DNA of 64,000 nt from Amphiscolops sp. MND2022. Its lineage: Eukaryota. Each line of letters opens with the position of its first letter. Within the stretch, counting starts at the first letter, position 1. The notes beneath the pieces were generated by a model. It was given only the letters and a program-made list of their open reading frames with translations. It did not search any database and had not been told where the DNA came from. The translations under genes and the position numbers were made by a program. Shown here piece after piece: positions 37,589 through 50,256 of this stretch. The stretch is from contig OZ076410.1 of assembly GCA_964187785.1 (NCBI GenBank), positions 86,490,001-86,554,000 of the forward strand, written 5' to 3'.

Positions 37589-38547
37589 TTGCTGAGTATT
37601 GCTAAATCTAATCAAGTAATCGTTGAAAACACTTATTCGAAACCACAAGAAACTCTAGAATTCAAAATGAATAAACAAAACGAATCTTTTTCATTCGATG
37701 TAACTGTTAAAGTAAACGAAAAATGGATGATGGAGAACAAGTTTAGAAGTAAACACTACCGTTCACAATACAGCCCACACCAACAACGAACTAGAAAATC
37801 TTCTACCAAAACAACAACTAAAAGAACATGCCTGGAAATGACTGCATTAGTAGCAAGTATAACAAATTAGAAAAAAGATCTGATGCTAAATTTGTCGAAA
37901 ATGCTATTACATTTTCAAGTAACAGATTTTCTAGAGACAAAAAACTTACTGGAAAAGACTTTGACCTTTTGGGGGAATTAATTGAAGTTTTAACTATCCT
38001 AGTCAGTAATTAAACATGTCCTCCATTGAACTTGCACATGGTTCCTCTGGAATAGAACTACCAGGAGCATATGGTTTAGTTGCTAAAATGCCTCCATAAA
38101 ACAAAAAACTGCTGATTCTGATATTAAAATTGTTGTTACTGGGTTCGAACTTGAAATGGAAGCAGATACACTATCAATTAAATCAGTTTTAACAACCTCA
38201 AACCCGATTAATTTATATTAAATGAACTTCTAGGCTTTACATCTAAAATCTACTATAAACGAGCTCATAGATCAGAAAAACCAGTTATGATCTCGAGCGT
38301 AGACGAAATTCATCTGAAGTGTGACTATGTAGATTGCTCAATTGTTAATGGAATTAGAGAACAAGTCTTATTTAGTTTCAAACTTAGTGCTCCTCAAGGA
38401 AATACAATTGTAAACAATCCCACAACTGTTTCGTTAAAAAAAGATAAAGAAATCAAGATTAGACAAGATTCAATTTTTCCTGGAAGACTCCAACCAAAAC
38501 ACAGTAGATTTCAAAAACGAGACACTCACATTCACAGCTCAAATTAA
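37589..38547 (+). pseudogene. Polinton minor capsid (penton) protein
   Basis: KPQETLEFKMNKQNESFSF at the N-terminus. ISSVDEIHLKCDYVDCSIVNGIREQVLFSFKLSAPQG…FLEDSNQNTVDFKNETLTFT at the C-terminus. Confidence 0.7.
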
Positions 38548-38639
38548 GGTTTAATTTAATCAAATGAGCTTCAATAAACTTAAAAGTAATTCTTATTGTG
38601 TTGACGGTAAACACTATTCGTCGAGATGTAACTCAGAAC

Positions 38640-39190
38640 AAAAAAGAAAAGAGAAAACCCTAAAAAGTGTGGTCTGATAGAAGTAAAGAGTTTTAAACAA
38701 AACGATTTTAGATATTTTTATACAAGAACAAATACAAACTCTTTCAACCAATTCAGATTTAGAAGATTTTTTTGTTGAACGATTCAATAGAACATTTTTG
38801 GATCTTATAAAGGAACCATCTTATAAAGGATGTATATTGAAGGAACGGCTTGTTGGTTGAATCATCTTGATACTGCTTTGGAAAAGTATAACAATCGTGT
38901 CCATCATGCTATGACACCTTTCGAAACTAGTAATGACAAACCAATACCTAGTCTAATACCTAGTAATAACAATCGTAAAAATAGTTATCCTAAATTGCAA
39001 GTGGGAGATATTGTAAGAGTTCCGGATGAAAGGAACATTGTTGGAAAAGTAATCGAACTACAAAATGGAAAAGAGAACTTTTTAGAATACATAAAATTAT
39101 CCCAACTAACCAGTTACGTATACTTTAGGAGACGATGACAACAAACAAATAGAAGGAAAATCATATGAAAAAGAACTTTCAAGGGTGTAT
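38640..39190 (+). pseudogene. Polinton retroviral-type integrase, C-terminal half
   Basis: VERFNRTFLD, WLNHLDTALEKYNNRVH…MTPF and PKLQVGDIVRVPD. Confidence 0.8.
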
Positions 39191-39747
39191 TCAACTTTGA
39201 ATCTAATAACAGTACTTTAGAAAGTTTGAATATTTCCCATCAACAAGAATAAATATCTAAGTATGAACAACTTCAATATGTCAATACATAGGTTCCTTTA
39301 TAGTCCTAGAAGCCTGCAAAAAAGACAAGATTGAGAATTCGGAAAAAGAAGCCGAATTACAAACCAAATTGTTCAACATAGAACCTATGGATATATCTGA
39401 TATATTTGGCAGATATATTATTGAAAATAATAGACTTCATAGCCTAGAAGAATTTGAAATTAATAACGGCGAAACACAAACCCTAGTTAATGCAAAGTTG
39501 TTCTTAGACATAAACAAAAACATCGAATACATAAAAACAAAATTGAAAGATTAGAACAAGATATTAATTTTTTTTATTAAGAAATTATTTCGGAAGCTGC
39601 GAAGTTAGTAGAAGAACAACAAACCATTTTACGAAATCGAGTTAAACGAAACATTATTACGGAATTGGAATTTTGTATAAATGAAGCAGTCAAAGATGTT
39701 ACCCAATTACGACACAACAAAGTATTGTTTGACTCATTCGAAAAAAC

Positions 39748-42700
39748 TCTTGATTTCCAAAACGTTGTTTTGTTTTTAGAAGTGAACTGATTTTTGATGA
39801 AATCCACCAAAAAATGATACAAAAGTTTACAGTGAGGTAGTCATCACTTATTTGGCGCCAAAGCAAAGAAGATGTATTTCATGAGTAGTTCATATACTTG
39901 ACAGAAGAAATCTCGATTAAAAGTAGAAGATATACATGCTGTGACTTCTTGCTCAAGAAATATATACTTGATACTCCCACTTTTCATGAGCTGTAAATTG
40001 AACTCATGTCTAACGATTTAAGTTACTATTCTCTCTCTGGGTTGTTATACCACCAGCTATTTCCTTGCTGAACCTCTGAAACTTGACCCTCCCTAAGGCT
40101 TAGTCAAAACGTCCGCTGTCATATTTTCGGTTGGACAGAACTTGTTCTTGCAAGAAATGTAGCTTGATGGTGGCAAAGTAATTACTTTTTTGGGAATTGA
40201 CAGCGTTTTTAGTCAATGCTATACAAGCCTGATTGTCAATGAAGACAGAACTCGGTAATGATTTGCTCATACCAAGCTGTGCGCCTGGCTCTCTCAGAAA
40301 AACCAATTCTTGTGTTGCTTCAAAAAGAGCAGCAGCTTCAGCTTCGGCAGTAGACGTTGCTACTGTTGATTGCAGCTTTGAGTGCCAACCAATAGCAGCT
40401 GAAGTTAAAAAAACAGTAGCCACTAGTTGATATTCTTGAACCTATTCTACCTGCCCAGTCAGCATCGCTCTAGCCTATAAATCTCATTTAATCGACTTTC
40501 TCGTAAATCAACTTTCTATTCTTCGTAGCCTTCAAATATCGCAAAACGTGCCTAGCTTGATTCCAATGCTGCCGTCTAGGGTGTTGAACAAACCTAATCA
40601 GAGATCTTACTACAAAAGTTATGTCTGTCCTTGAAGTGTTGGTTAAGTAGTTGAGACTACCAATTAAGCCTCTGTAGTTACAACAGTTCGTTTCTTTTAC
40701 ATCTTTATTGCCCTTTGAAGGACAATCAACACTGCTGATAGGGACTTTTTCTAAAGCTGGCGTAAAAGCGGTTTTTCGCGTCAGTCATGCCAAAATTCTC
40801 TAGATGTTTTTCTATGTAACTTTTCTGTGAGACTTCGATTTTGTTAGCATCTCTTTTGATTTGCATACCTAGAAACCAATTGAGATCACTAACTTCACTT
40901 ACCAAAAACTTATTGCGAAGCGCTACTTCGAAGTCTTCGTAAAACTTTTCATCTCTGCTACTGCTACAGTAAACCAGATCGCCAACCCAACATGCAACAT
41001 AATCAGTGACACCCTTACGATGTCTCAAAAATAGGCAAGGATCACTTTTGCTCCCCTTGAATCCAATGCTTGTCAAAAAACCTCTTAAGGTAAAGAACCA
41101 ATTTCGTCACAATTTTTTAGTCCGTACAACGTTTTTTTTTTCAATTTGCAAACCAAATTCTTGCCGTCTTTCAACATTTCGAAACCTAACGGTTGTTGAA
41201 CAAAGATTTCTTCGTCTATCTTTGCGTTGAGATAAGCTGTCTTCACATCGAATTGCTTCAATTTCATGTCTCGTTGTACCGCAGAACTAAGTAAAATTCT
41301 AAGAGTCACCATTTTCACTGTGGGACTATAAGTTTCTTCGAAAACTACGCCTCGTTTTTGACTAAAGCCTCTGGCGACATATCGTGCCTTATACTTTATA
41401 ATTTTGCCGTTTCCATCTCGTTTTAAGGTGAAATGCCATTTTCCGCTAATAAATTTCTGTTCTTAAGAAGATTGGTTAACTCCCAAACTTTGTTTTTCTC
41501 AAGTGACTGAAACTCGTCCTTCATAGCTCCATACCAATCTGGAATGGAAAACGCTTCTTCAACGGTTTTCGGTACTTCGGGGTCTACGAAACTTGTGTGA
41601 AACGACAGTTGATTTTCGAGTTCAGACGAAAAATTTTGATTAGATGTCTCACTAGTACCTGGTTCGTATCTCTCAGGTGGTCTCAATTGCCATTCGTATC
41701 TGGTTCGATCCTCATTTTCTGCTGATTCTGTCAACACATTTCTAACATCTCACGCCACCTTTCGTCTATCTCGCAAATATTGTCTTCGTCGTTCGTAAAA
41801 CTTCGCCTATGAAAACTTTCCGATCCTGGAAAACTCTCTCGCTGAACTTTACATTTCGGGTTTGCAATGTCGCCAAAAATCCATTCTCAAAACTACCAAT
41901 CAGGTAAGTTTTTGAATTGCTACTATAACCTAGCAAAATCCCTGCTTCTGCTCCACTGTCGAACTTTTTTCGTTTCTCTTTCTCTACGAAGGCAATTGCT
42001 TTGCAGCCGAAAACCTTCAGATAGTTTAGATCTGGTGGTTTTCCAAAGAACTTCTCGAATGGTGTCTTACCATGTGAGGAGTGAATGCACATGTTTTTAA
42101 TGTGGAAGGCCGCCCTAATTGCGAAAGACCAAAACATTTCCATCAAGTTCGCAGTTTTTAACGTACATCTCACCATCGCGCCGATGGTACTCCATATTCT
42201 TTAAACTTTGGCATTTTCTTCGGGAGTGTACGTAGCGGTAAACTCTTGACGCATATGGTTTCTCAAACAAACTTCTGCAAACTTAAGAAACTCGAATTCT
42301 TTCGCGTTATCGCTCACAATTTTACGTGGCTTCCCTAACTCAGCAAGAGAAAGTTCTAGTTTCGGGCTAACTTCGTCTTTACTTTTCAGCAAATACACAG
42401 CACCTAACCGATTAAAACTATCAACAAAGGCCAAAGCATATTTGAAACCGTCGACTGATTCATTTGGCTCGGGCGAAATGTCAACATGAACTATTTCGAG
42501 TGGTTTCGATGCTCGTGTACCTACAGTTTTACATATAGGACTCCGTCTCGCTTTTTGAATTTTACAGACATCACACTCGTCGTCTCTGTCCAGAAATTTC
42601 AAACTTTCAGTCTGTTTTGTTGTTTACGAATGCCATAACTGCACTGTATTTTCAGCAGTGTTGCCTACTTCGAATTTTGTAGCGCGCAAAACGAACAAAT

Positions 42701-45001
42701 TATTCCGACTTTCTAAAAAAAACAATCATTTTCAATCTCAATTCTGGGTTTCTCATCAAATATTACTTTCGCCTCCGCGACGTTCAGTCTTTTGATTGAG
42801 TTTTTCGAAAACTGGGGGACATGCAGAGCATTTTCGAGAGCTACTTTTTGTAATGTTCCGCGACTGGTATTGACGAAAATCTGTATTTTACCTCTACCTT
42901 CAACGACGGACTCAGTGCCTTTAGCACAAGATACTTTTCCTTTCTGGTACGTTTCTAGATAACTGAATAGTTCTATATCTTTTATCATGTTTCTTGTGCA
43001 GCCACTGTCTATCCAAAGTTCGAAGTGAGAGTCGTCTTCTCGCTTATCGGACGCGTGAAAGGAAAATCCGTCCGTATCGTTGAGTTCGGTTGTCAAGTTA
43101 CATTCGTTCCGTTTCGTAAAAAACCTTTTTTGTGTTTCCTTATTACGCTTATCAAATGACTTTTTTTGACCTTTGGGACACGAATTAGCCTCGTGACCTT
43201 TCTCACCACATCCGTAACAAACGATCGCAACAGTTTTTGACCGACATTGCGCTTGCTTATGACCGAACGTGCCGCATTTGAACACTTCACATCTTTACAG
43301 AAATGTGAACTCGAACCTTGATCCGCACCTTTCAGAAAATCAAAATTGAAGAAATCTCTCTTTAAATCTAGGAAAGACTTTAGCTCGTGCGAAAATTTGA
43401 AAACAGTGACAAAGTTCATGAACTTTTGCGGAAGGCCTTTCAAAACTACTGAACAGGGCTTTTGGTCACTTACGTTTTCGTTCACTTCGCTCAAATTCCT
43501 CAGCTCTGACTTATTAGTCCCGAATACTTTCATTTGAATCGAGTTTCAAGTTTGTCAACTTGTTCAAAAGTTTGTGAATGCGCGGTCCTTCTTTGATCTT
43601 AAAAAAAATTTTGGGTTCACGCCAAGCTGCAGTGTCATTCGGTTTTAGGCACTTTGTAAGACTTAACGTCTTCTTATCTAAACATTGAACCAATTCGCAC
43701 CATACTTCGAACTGCTTTTCTTTCACTTTGTCACTCTCAGCGGCAAAGTTTTCGGCTTCTGTTGCCGGCAAAGTTTCAGTGTCCAACAACACACTTCTTT
43801 GCTTGAGCAAATGAAGCCGACCTTCAAATCGTTCCGCGAAATATTCAAAATCTTCATCCTTACCAGAAAACAATAAAATTTTGAGTTTAGAATGCACTGT
43901 CCTGGTCGAAGTGGCCATCTTCGCGGTAGTTTTCTCAACGTAACGTGAATTGTTCAAGCTTTTTCTCTAACAGATTTCTATACTCACCATTTAGTCCTTT
44001 CGCTAAACACCTAAACCTTGTGAATCCTGACACTCGTGAATTGTGTTCTAGTGGAATTGTTTCTAAGAAGGCGCTGCAATCACGCAAAAATGCCTTATCC
44101 GAAAATTGCAAGTGACAGACCTCCTGGAACCTATTTCAGAATCAGCTCATTCCAATACTGACTATTGGCCAAGCAGTGCTTTAGCTACAACAATTATCTG
44201 TGGAATACATAACTTTCGAGGGCAAAGCATCTTCAAAAAAGGAGTCAAACTGTCTGTCAGTAAAATATGGACTAAAGAAACTTTTCTGAGACGGTCCTAC
44301 TAAATGGATCTTAAATCCCCCGAAATTCCCTACTTTGAAAACTTGCTATGTGTTGTCTCTCAACTCAACTCCACTCTAACTTGACTCAGACTAGCAAAAA
44401 ACAGCAGCTGTAAATAAGAGCACCACAAAGAGAAAGGGAAGAAAAGAGGAGTTTGAGTTCAAGTTTTCAGAGTTACTTGTAACACTCGCAAAATTGCTTG
44501 CTCGAGGGCTGGTAACTTCTGCTGCAAACTGACACTGCCAAGAAAACGCCGTAGCCACGCTGAACCCACACTGGCACTCCACTGTAACTCAACTGCTAGT
44601 CCATTGCAAATTTATCTTCGTCCCACTTCAACATCTAGTGGTCATCGCTGTACAGCAAAAGTTGCACAACAGTCTACGTTGTTGGTCCCAGAGCGCACAA
44701 ATATTCAACTTCTTCGGCAAAGAAGTCTTGGTTATTTTTGTTGCAAGAAGCGTGACCGTTTTCCATTACCTCTTGATTTCCAAAACGTTGTTTTGTTCTT
44801 AGAAGTGACCTGATTTTTGATGAAAGTCAACAAAGTATCATACAAAAGTTTACAGTGAAGTAGTCATCAATTATTTGGCGCCAAAGCAAAGAAGAGGTAT
44901 TTCATGAGTTGTTCATAAACTTATTGAAAAAAGAAATTTCGATTAAAAGTAGAAGATATACATGCTGTGTAATTCTAGCTCAAGAAAATAAATACTTGAT
45001 A
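39748..45001 (-). mobile_element. Full-length Ty1/copia element 1 (decayed)
   Basis: Direct repeats 39748-39973 and 44771-45001 (roughly 10% diverged), PPT AAAAGTGGGAG, and gag-PR-IN-RT-RH order. Confidence 0.92.
40100..43957 (-). pseudogene. Copia-1 gag-pol
   Basis: LLFSGKDEDFEYFAERF (gag). Two CCHC knuckles CFKCGTFGHKQAQC and CYGCGEKGHEANSC. WIDSGCTRNM (PR). VHVDIS, SDNAKEF and PEENAKV (IN). QFDVKTAYLN and CWVGDL (RT). STAEAE and FIDNQAC (RH). Confidence 0.92.
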
Positions 45002-45282
45002 ACGACCAAATCTTTGAATCGCATATAACGTTTACAGATGAAGACTTGTTGGAAAAAAATGGACTAGAAACAAAAAACATCAGACGGTGCGTATTAAGAC
45101 AGCACTTCTTGTTGTCCCCGTAGCTAGTGGTATAGGTGCAGGTTTATGAAAACTCAGTAAAATTGCAAATCTTAATTAAAATCTGAAAAGCAAAAAAAAC
45201 AACACAATCTTAGGAAAAATACTCTTGCTGGTGGAACTTCAAACGATTTCCACAAACTACACGCGAAGTGTTTAGAAGACAA

Positions 45283-45408
45283 TAAAATCGATCTGAATGA
45301 ATATAACCAACTAACACAAACTTATACTACATATAAGTATACATATAAAATCGATCTGAATGAATATAACCAGCTAACACAAACTTAGATTAGATATGAG
45401 TATACATA
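45283..45408. repeat. 2 x 63-bp tandem repeat
   Basis: TAAAATCGATCTGAATGAATATAACC at 45283 and 45346. Confidence 0.85.
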
Positions 45409-45985
45409 TACTACACACAGAGGAAAAGAACTTAGTCAAACTTCTTGAGCTATCAAACTTAACTTTTGTATTATAATAGCTCAAAACCGAGAAGAAACAA
45501 ATTATCCTGATATGTTAGCAAACTTCAAGTTGTTCGAGCATTGAATTAAATGATGGTGCTAGCTGACTCGAATTATTTGTTGATGTTTAACCTTTCGAGT
45601 TCAACCTGTCGAAAGTATCGTAAATATCAATCATCTGACTCCGAACTTTGACCTCAAAAATGAATCTTGAAATGTTTCTGAAGTTCATGAATATTGCATT
45701 GAAGTATTACAATTATTCATGGTGGTGTGATGGAAAATTCCTTCCAGAATATTCGATTTTAAAAGTTAAGGAAATGCCCATCCGCCTTCTTCCAAATTGC
45801 CCCACCTTTAACAAACGTCATGTTTATTTTTGGAGTGTAAATACCCGGTGGTTTCCACAATTTTACACAGCGCTCATCAACTGAAATAACCTTCCCATCT
45901 AATAGTCAAATTGACTCCTTTTTCGAATTGTCTTTCTTGTGTCTGAAAGAAAGTCTTGACTCTTCAGCCACGTCCCAGCCTAATG

Positions 45986-45999
45986 GGTTATGGGCCCAG
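45986..45999 (+). promoter_or_regulatory. Copia-type PBS (internal tRNA-iMet fragment type)
   Basis: Exact GGTTATGGGCCCAG directly after the LTR. Confidence 0.85.
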
Positions 46000-46252
46000 T
46001 GAAAGGCAATTAAGATAAACATTTTTTTGGCTCTTGTTGTCGTGGAGACCTCTGATCGACGAAACCGCAACAATTCTAAGGGTGATTGCGAATGATCAAG
46101 AGTTTCTAGTATGTGTGTGGGTCATTTGAACACTTCTTTCGAACGGACTCTTGTGAGCTAGACTGTCTCAGGGCGGCACACTAAGAAGCCAAAGTTAAAT
46201 ACTGTGTGTGTCAGTGTAGTTTTTTAAGCAATCAGGCGTTTCAAAAGTCCAA

Positions 46253-49200
46253 AATGGAAGGCTCAAGTAATAATCTTAAATTGCTCTGCTTCTCGGAATT
46301 AACTGAGGACCCAATCTGGTGTAGCAGATTTCAAGCCCTTGCTCAAACGAAAGGCCTATTCGATACGCTCACTGGCGATGACCGACCACCAGCCCAACCC
46401 CGGGCTTGGGAATGACGCAACTGATGAGGCCCGCGGTGCTCACGACGCAGCTCAAGACGCATAGACGTGCTTTTGATGACATCGAGAAACGTAAAAACAC
46501 GCTGTGGTGTTACCTTGCGATGTTTCTTGACTCAACAAGCCTGATGTTGATCATGCATGATTGTGTTGACCGCAAAGGCCTCGGCGATGGCCACAAGGCA
46601 TGGGGCCGTCTGCAAGAAAGGTTCCGAAGCAATGAATTAGAGACTGTTGTCAGTGTGATGAGGCAACTGGCTCGCTTGAAGCTGAAAGAAGACGAGGCAC
46701 TCCACAATTGTTTCATTAGAGCCCAAGAGCTCCCAAATTGCCTGGAACAAGCGGGGGAACACCTATCGGGCCACTGTTCAATGCGATGGTACTCAATGGT
46801 TTACCTGAGCGCTATGAGCACTTAGTGGTGCAAGAGAGCTTCAATCCATCTGGTAGCTTCATGGAGATTCGAACACGGCTGACCAACTGCGAAGAGAGCC
46901 GTCCACACTGCGAGTTTGTGGATGAAGCGGATTCACATGTGGCGATGACGTCCAAAAAGGCCAGGCCAAAGCACAAGTCAAGTAAAGATAACGCGGCGCC
47001 TAAGTCAAGTTCAGGACGACTAACAGGCTACTGTTGCGGCATGAAAGGCCACATGAAACTGAGTGTTATAAGAGAAAAAAAAGCCGAAAAAACTTTTTAT
47101 AAGCAAAGATGCCATCTCGAAAAAGCATGTAACAAAAAGAGCTAAAAGGAGGCAAGCAACGAAGTTTTGCATCATGTCTCAAGTCAGAAGAAACGAGCGA
47201 GGCATCCGCTAAGGACCTAGTAGTAGACTCAAGAAGTACAGACCATGTAATAGTGAACAACAACTGGTTCAAAAACTTTAAAGAAGTAGATACTACAGTT
47301 ACCAATTCTGATGGGGGTAACACAAAAGTTCCTTGGCATAGGAGATATCGAGGTCCTAGCTCAAGACGTGAAAGGACGTACTAAGCCTTTAGTCTTACGA
47401 AAACCCTTATATATGCCAGGATACCGAACTATCTTGATCTCGGTATCCAGTCTTGTAGACAATGGACACAAGGTTGTTCATGACGCGAAAAACAGTTTCC
47501 ATTGCCTCAAAAGCAAAGAGTTATTCCACATCACAAGAAAAGGAAATCTTTTCTTCCTAAGTAAGACCCCAAAGCAAGGAAACCACTTTGCTAATTTGAG
47601 TGGGGGGTCAAACGAAGCACAACTATGGCAAAAACGTTTCGGACATGAAAATTAGAGGGACCTACAAAGTTCTCTGTCGAAAAACCTGATAGAAGTAGAT
47701 GAAAAATGCGAAACTTGCTGCTTAGCCAAAAATAACCAAAACGCCTGTCCCAAAACCAAATTACAATAAAGCAACAAAAACTCGTGAAAAGGTTATCAGC
47801 GATCTTGTTGGACCAATCACTCCATCAATCGAAGATGTGTTTAGATACTTCGTCACGTTCATTGACGAACACAGTTTCCATGCTTGTGTGAAGTTCATGC
47901 GTCACAAAAATCAAGTTCTGCAAAAGTTCAAAGAGTACATCGCTGAATGCGGTACGTCACGTAAACTCCGGTTTGACAATGGAACCGTTTATACTAACAA
48001 AATTCTCGCGACCTTTCGTACCAACATCAAAATCAAACGAGAATACACCGTTCCTGAAACCCAGGAACAAAATGGTGTCGCAGAGCGATACACCCGAGCT
48101 GCTGTAGAGACCGCTCGAAGTCTTCTAATTGAGTAAAAACTTCCAAAATGCAACTGGCTCAGAGCTGTAGATACTGCAGCTTATGTAAGAAACCTGTTCA
48201 AGAAGGACAAAGGAGAGAAGACTCATTTCGAAAACTTTTGGGGCAGAAAACAGACAGATCACTTGAAAGCTTTGGTTGTCTAGCATATGTGAAAAACCGA
48301 AAAAGTGAAAAATCAAAAATCGATTCGAAAGCACGAAACATGTTTTCCTTGGCTACGATGGCAACAGTACGGCCTACCTGTTGCAAGACTTTGAAACAGG
48401 AAAATTGACACGAGTTCGCAACGTTGTGTTCAAGGAAAAAAGAGTAGTTGGTTTCACCATCGAAACAAGGGAAGGCGAAAATGAAGATCTTCTCTTCGAT
48501 GTAACTTTCGACGATGAAATTGAGCAAAGCAATGCCGAAAATTTACAAAAAATAGGAGTGAAGGAGAGGGTCCGGAAATTGAAGTGAAAGTTGAAAGCGC
48601 CACTGATGAAGAAAACTCATCGTTTAGCGAATGTGGATTTTATGTTGACACTACTATCACGATACTTCCTAACTCAGATGTACAGGTTCAGGATGTAACG
48701 CGGAGTAGGTCAGATCAAGTATTTTAGGCACGACGGCCAAAAATTTCTGTCCTCAGGAACGCTATCAAACATCAAGTGATGTTCAGCAAACTCCTCAGGT
48801 CGTGAAACCAAAAATCAAAGTACCCAGTCAATTGAAACTAACTACAAAGAACAAAAATGTAATCCCGGGAATATGGGTTTACAAAGTCAAACTAAAGCCG
48901 ACGGAAGCCTTGAAAAATACAAGGCGCTTTATGTGGATAAAGGTTTTAAGCAAATTGAAGGCTTAGACTTTTCTGAAACGTTTGCTCCAACGAACAAACC
49001 AGAATCTCTTTGAATCATTCTTTCGTTAGCAACGAAAGAAAATTTTGGATGTAAAACTAAGGCAAATGGATGTAAAATCAGCCTACTTACATCAAGAAAT
49101 CAAAGTAGAGATATACCTCGTGCAACCGACTGGTTTCGATGAAACAGACAGCTCGGGAAACAAGCTTGTCTGTAAACTGAACAAGTCAATGTACGGACTG

Positions 49201-50256
49201 AAGCAGGGCGCTAAAAGTTGGTATGAGGAGTTAGCGAACTTACTCATAAATCAAAAATTTTGCCGTAGCAAAAATCACCACTGTCTTTTCATTAAAAAAC
49301 AAGACAAAAGAAAGTTGTATGTTCTAAGTTGGGTAGATGATCTAGTGATAGCAGGTAGCAACGATGGGGACATGAAAGAGTTAAAAAACTCTTGAAAGAA
49401 AATTCAAGATGGACGATCGATGAAAACTCGAATGGTTCCGAGGCATGCAAATAAGTCAGGGAAAAGACAAAATATCTCTTGACCAGGAAACATGTTTTGA
49501 AAGCGTCATAGAGAAATTTAGCATGCGAGTTAGCAATCCTTCGAAAACGCCAGCAGAGAACAACTTGAGAGTAGTTAAGTCCTTTGAGAGTGAAGCATCG
49601 GTTAATGAGAGGATCTACAGAAGTTTGGTAGGCTCCTTACTATAAATAGTCAAGCAAACTAGGCCAGATATAGTTTGGATGGTCAATGTGCTCTCTCGAT
49701 TCATGGACAAACCAACTAACACTCACTGACTGGCAAACGTGTCCTCCGCTATCTTCAAGCCACGAAGTCACTCAAACTGGTCTACTCACGAGACAGTGAC
49801 TCCAATCTACATGGAGAAAGTGATGCAGACTGGAGTGGCGACCATGATGACAGACGTTTGACCACTGGCTACTTTTTCAAGCTTGGATCAAGTGGGGGAG
49901 CAGTAAGCTGGCAAACTAAGAAGCAGCAGGCAGTGGCACTATCATCATGTGGAGCAGGACATCAAGGTCTAGCTGCTGCAGTGCAAGAAGCATCTTTCTT
50001 GCGATCACTCTTGTATGAAGTGGGCTATGAGCAATCACATCCAATCATCATTGGGGAAGACAATCAGAGTTGCATCAAGTTGGCAACTAACCCTGTGATG
50101 CACGAGCGATCAAAACATATTGATACGAAGTTTCACTTCATACGGGAGAAAGTTGATGACAATTCAATTCAACTAGTCTATACGCCAACTGATCATCTGG
50201 CAAAAGATCTGTTGACAAAAGAACATCCACAAGTTAAAGTGGAGTTAATTGCGTAA
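46253..50256 (+). pseudogene. Copia-2 gag-pol
   Basis: DGHKAWGRLQERFRS (gag). LVVDSRSTDHV (PR, DSG changed to DSR). SDLVGP, FIDE, FDNGT and EQNGVAER (IN). QMDVKSAYL and SWVDDL (RT). SDADWSGD and GEDNQSCI (RH). Confidence 0.92.

Noticed and set aside
45648-45884. 78-80 codon ORF open in the copia-2 LTRs (45648, 50543, 53310)
   Set aside because: TTG start, the C-terminus changes frame between LTRs, two of three copies come from a recent duplication, and it has no recognisable motif.
46422-46428. Hammerhead ribozyme cores (CTGATGA here and at ~23378, ~48603, ~50971)
   Set aside because: All lie within coding remnants, none is in the satellite, and I could not build the required three stems with a GAAA partner.
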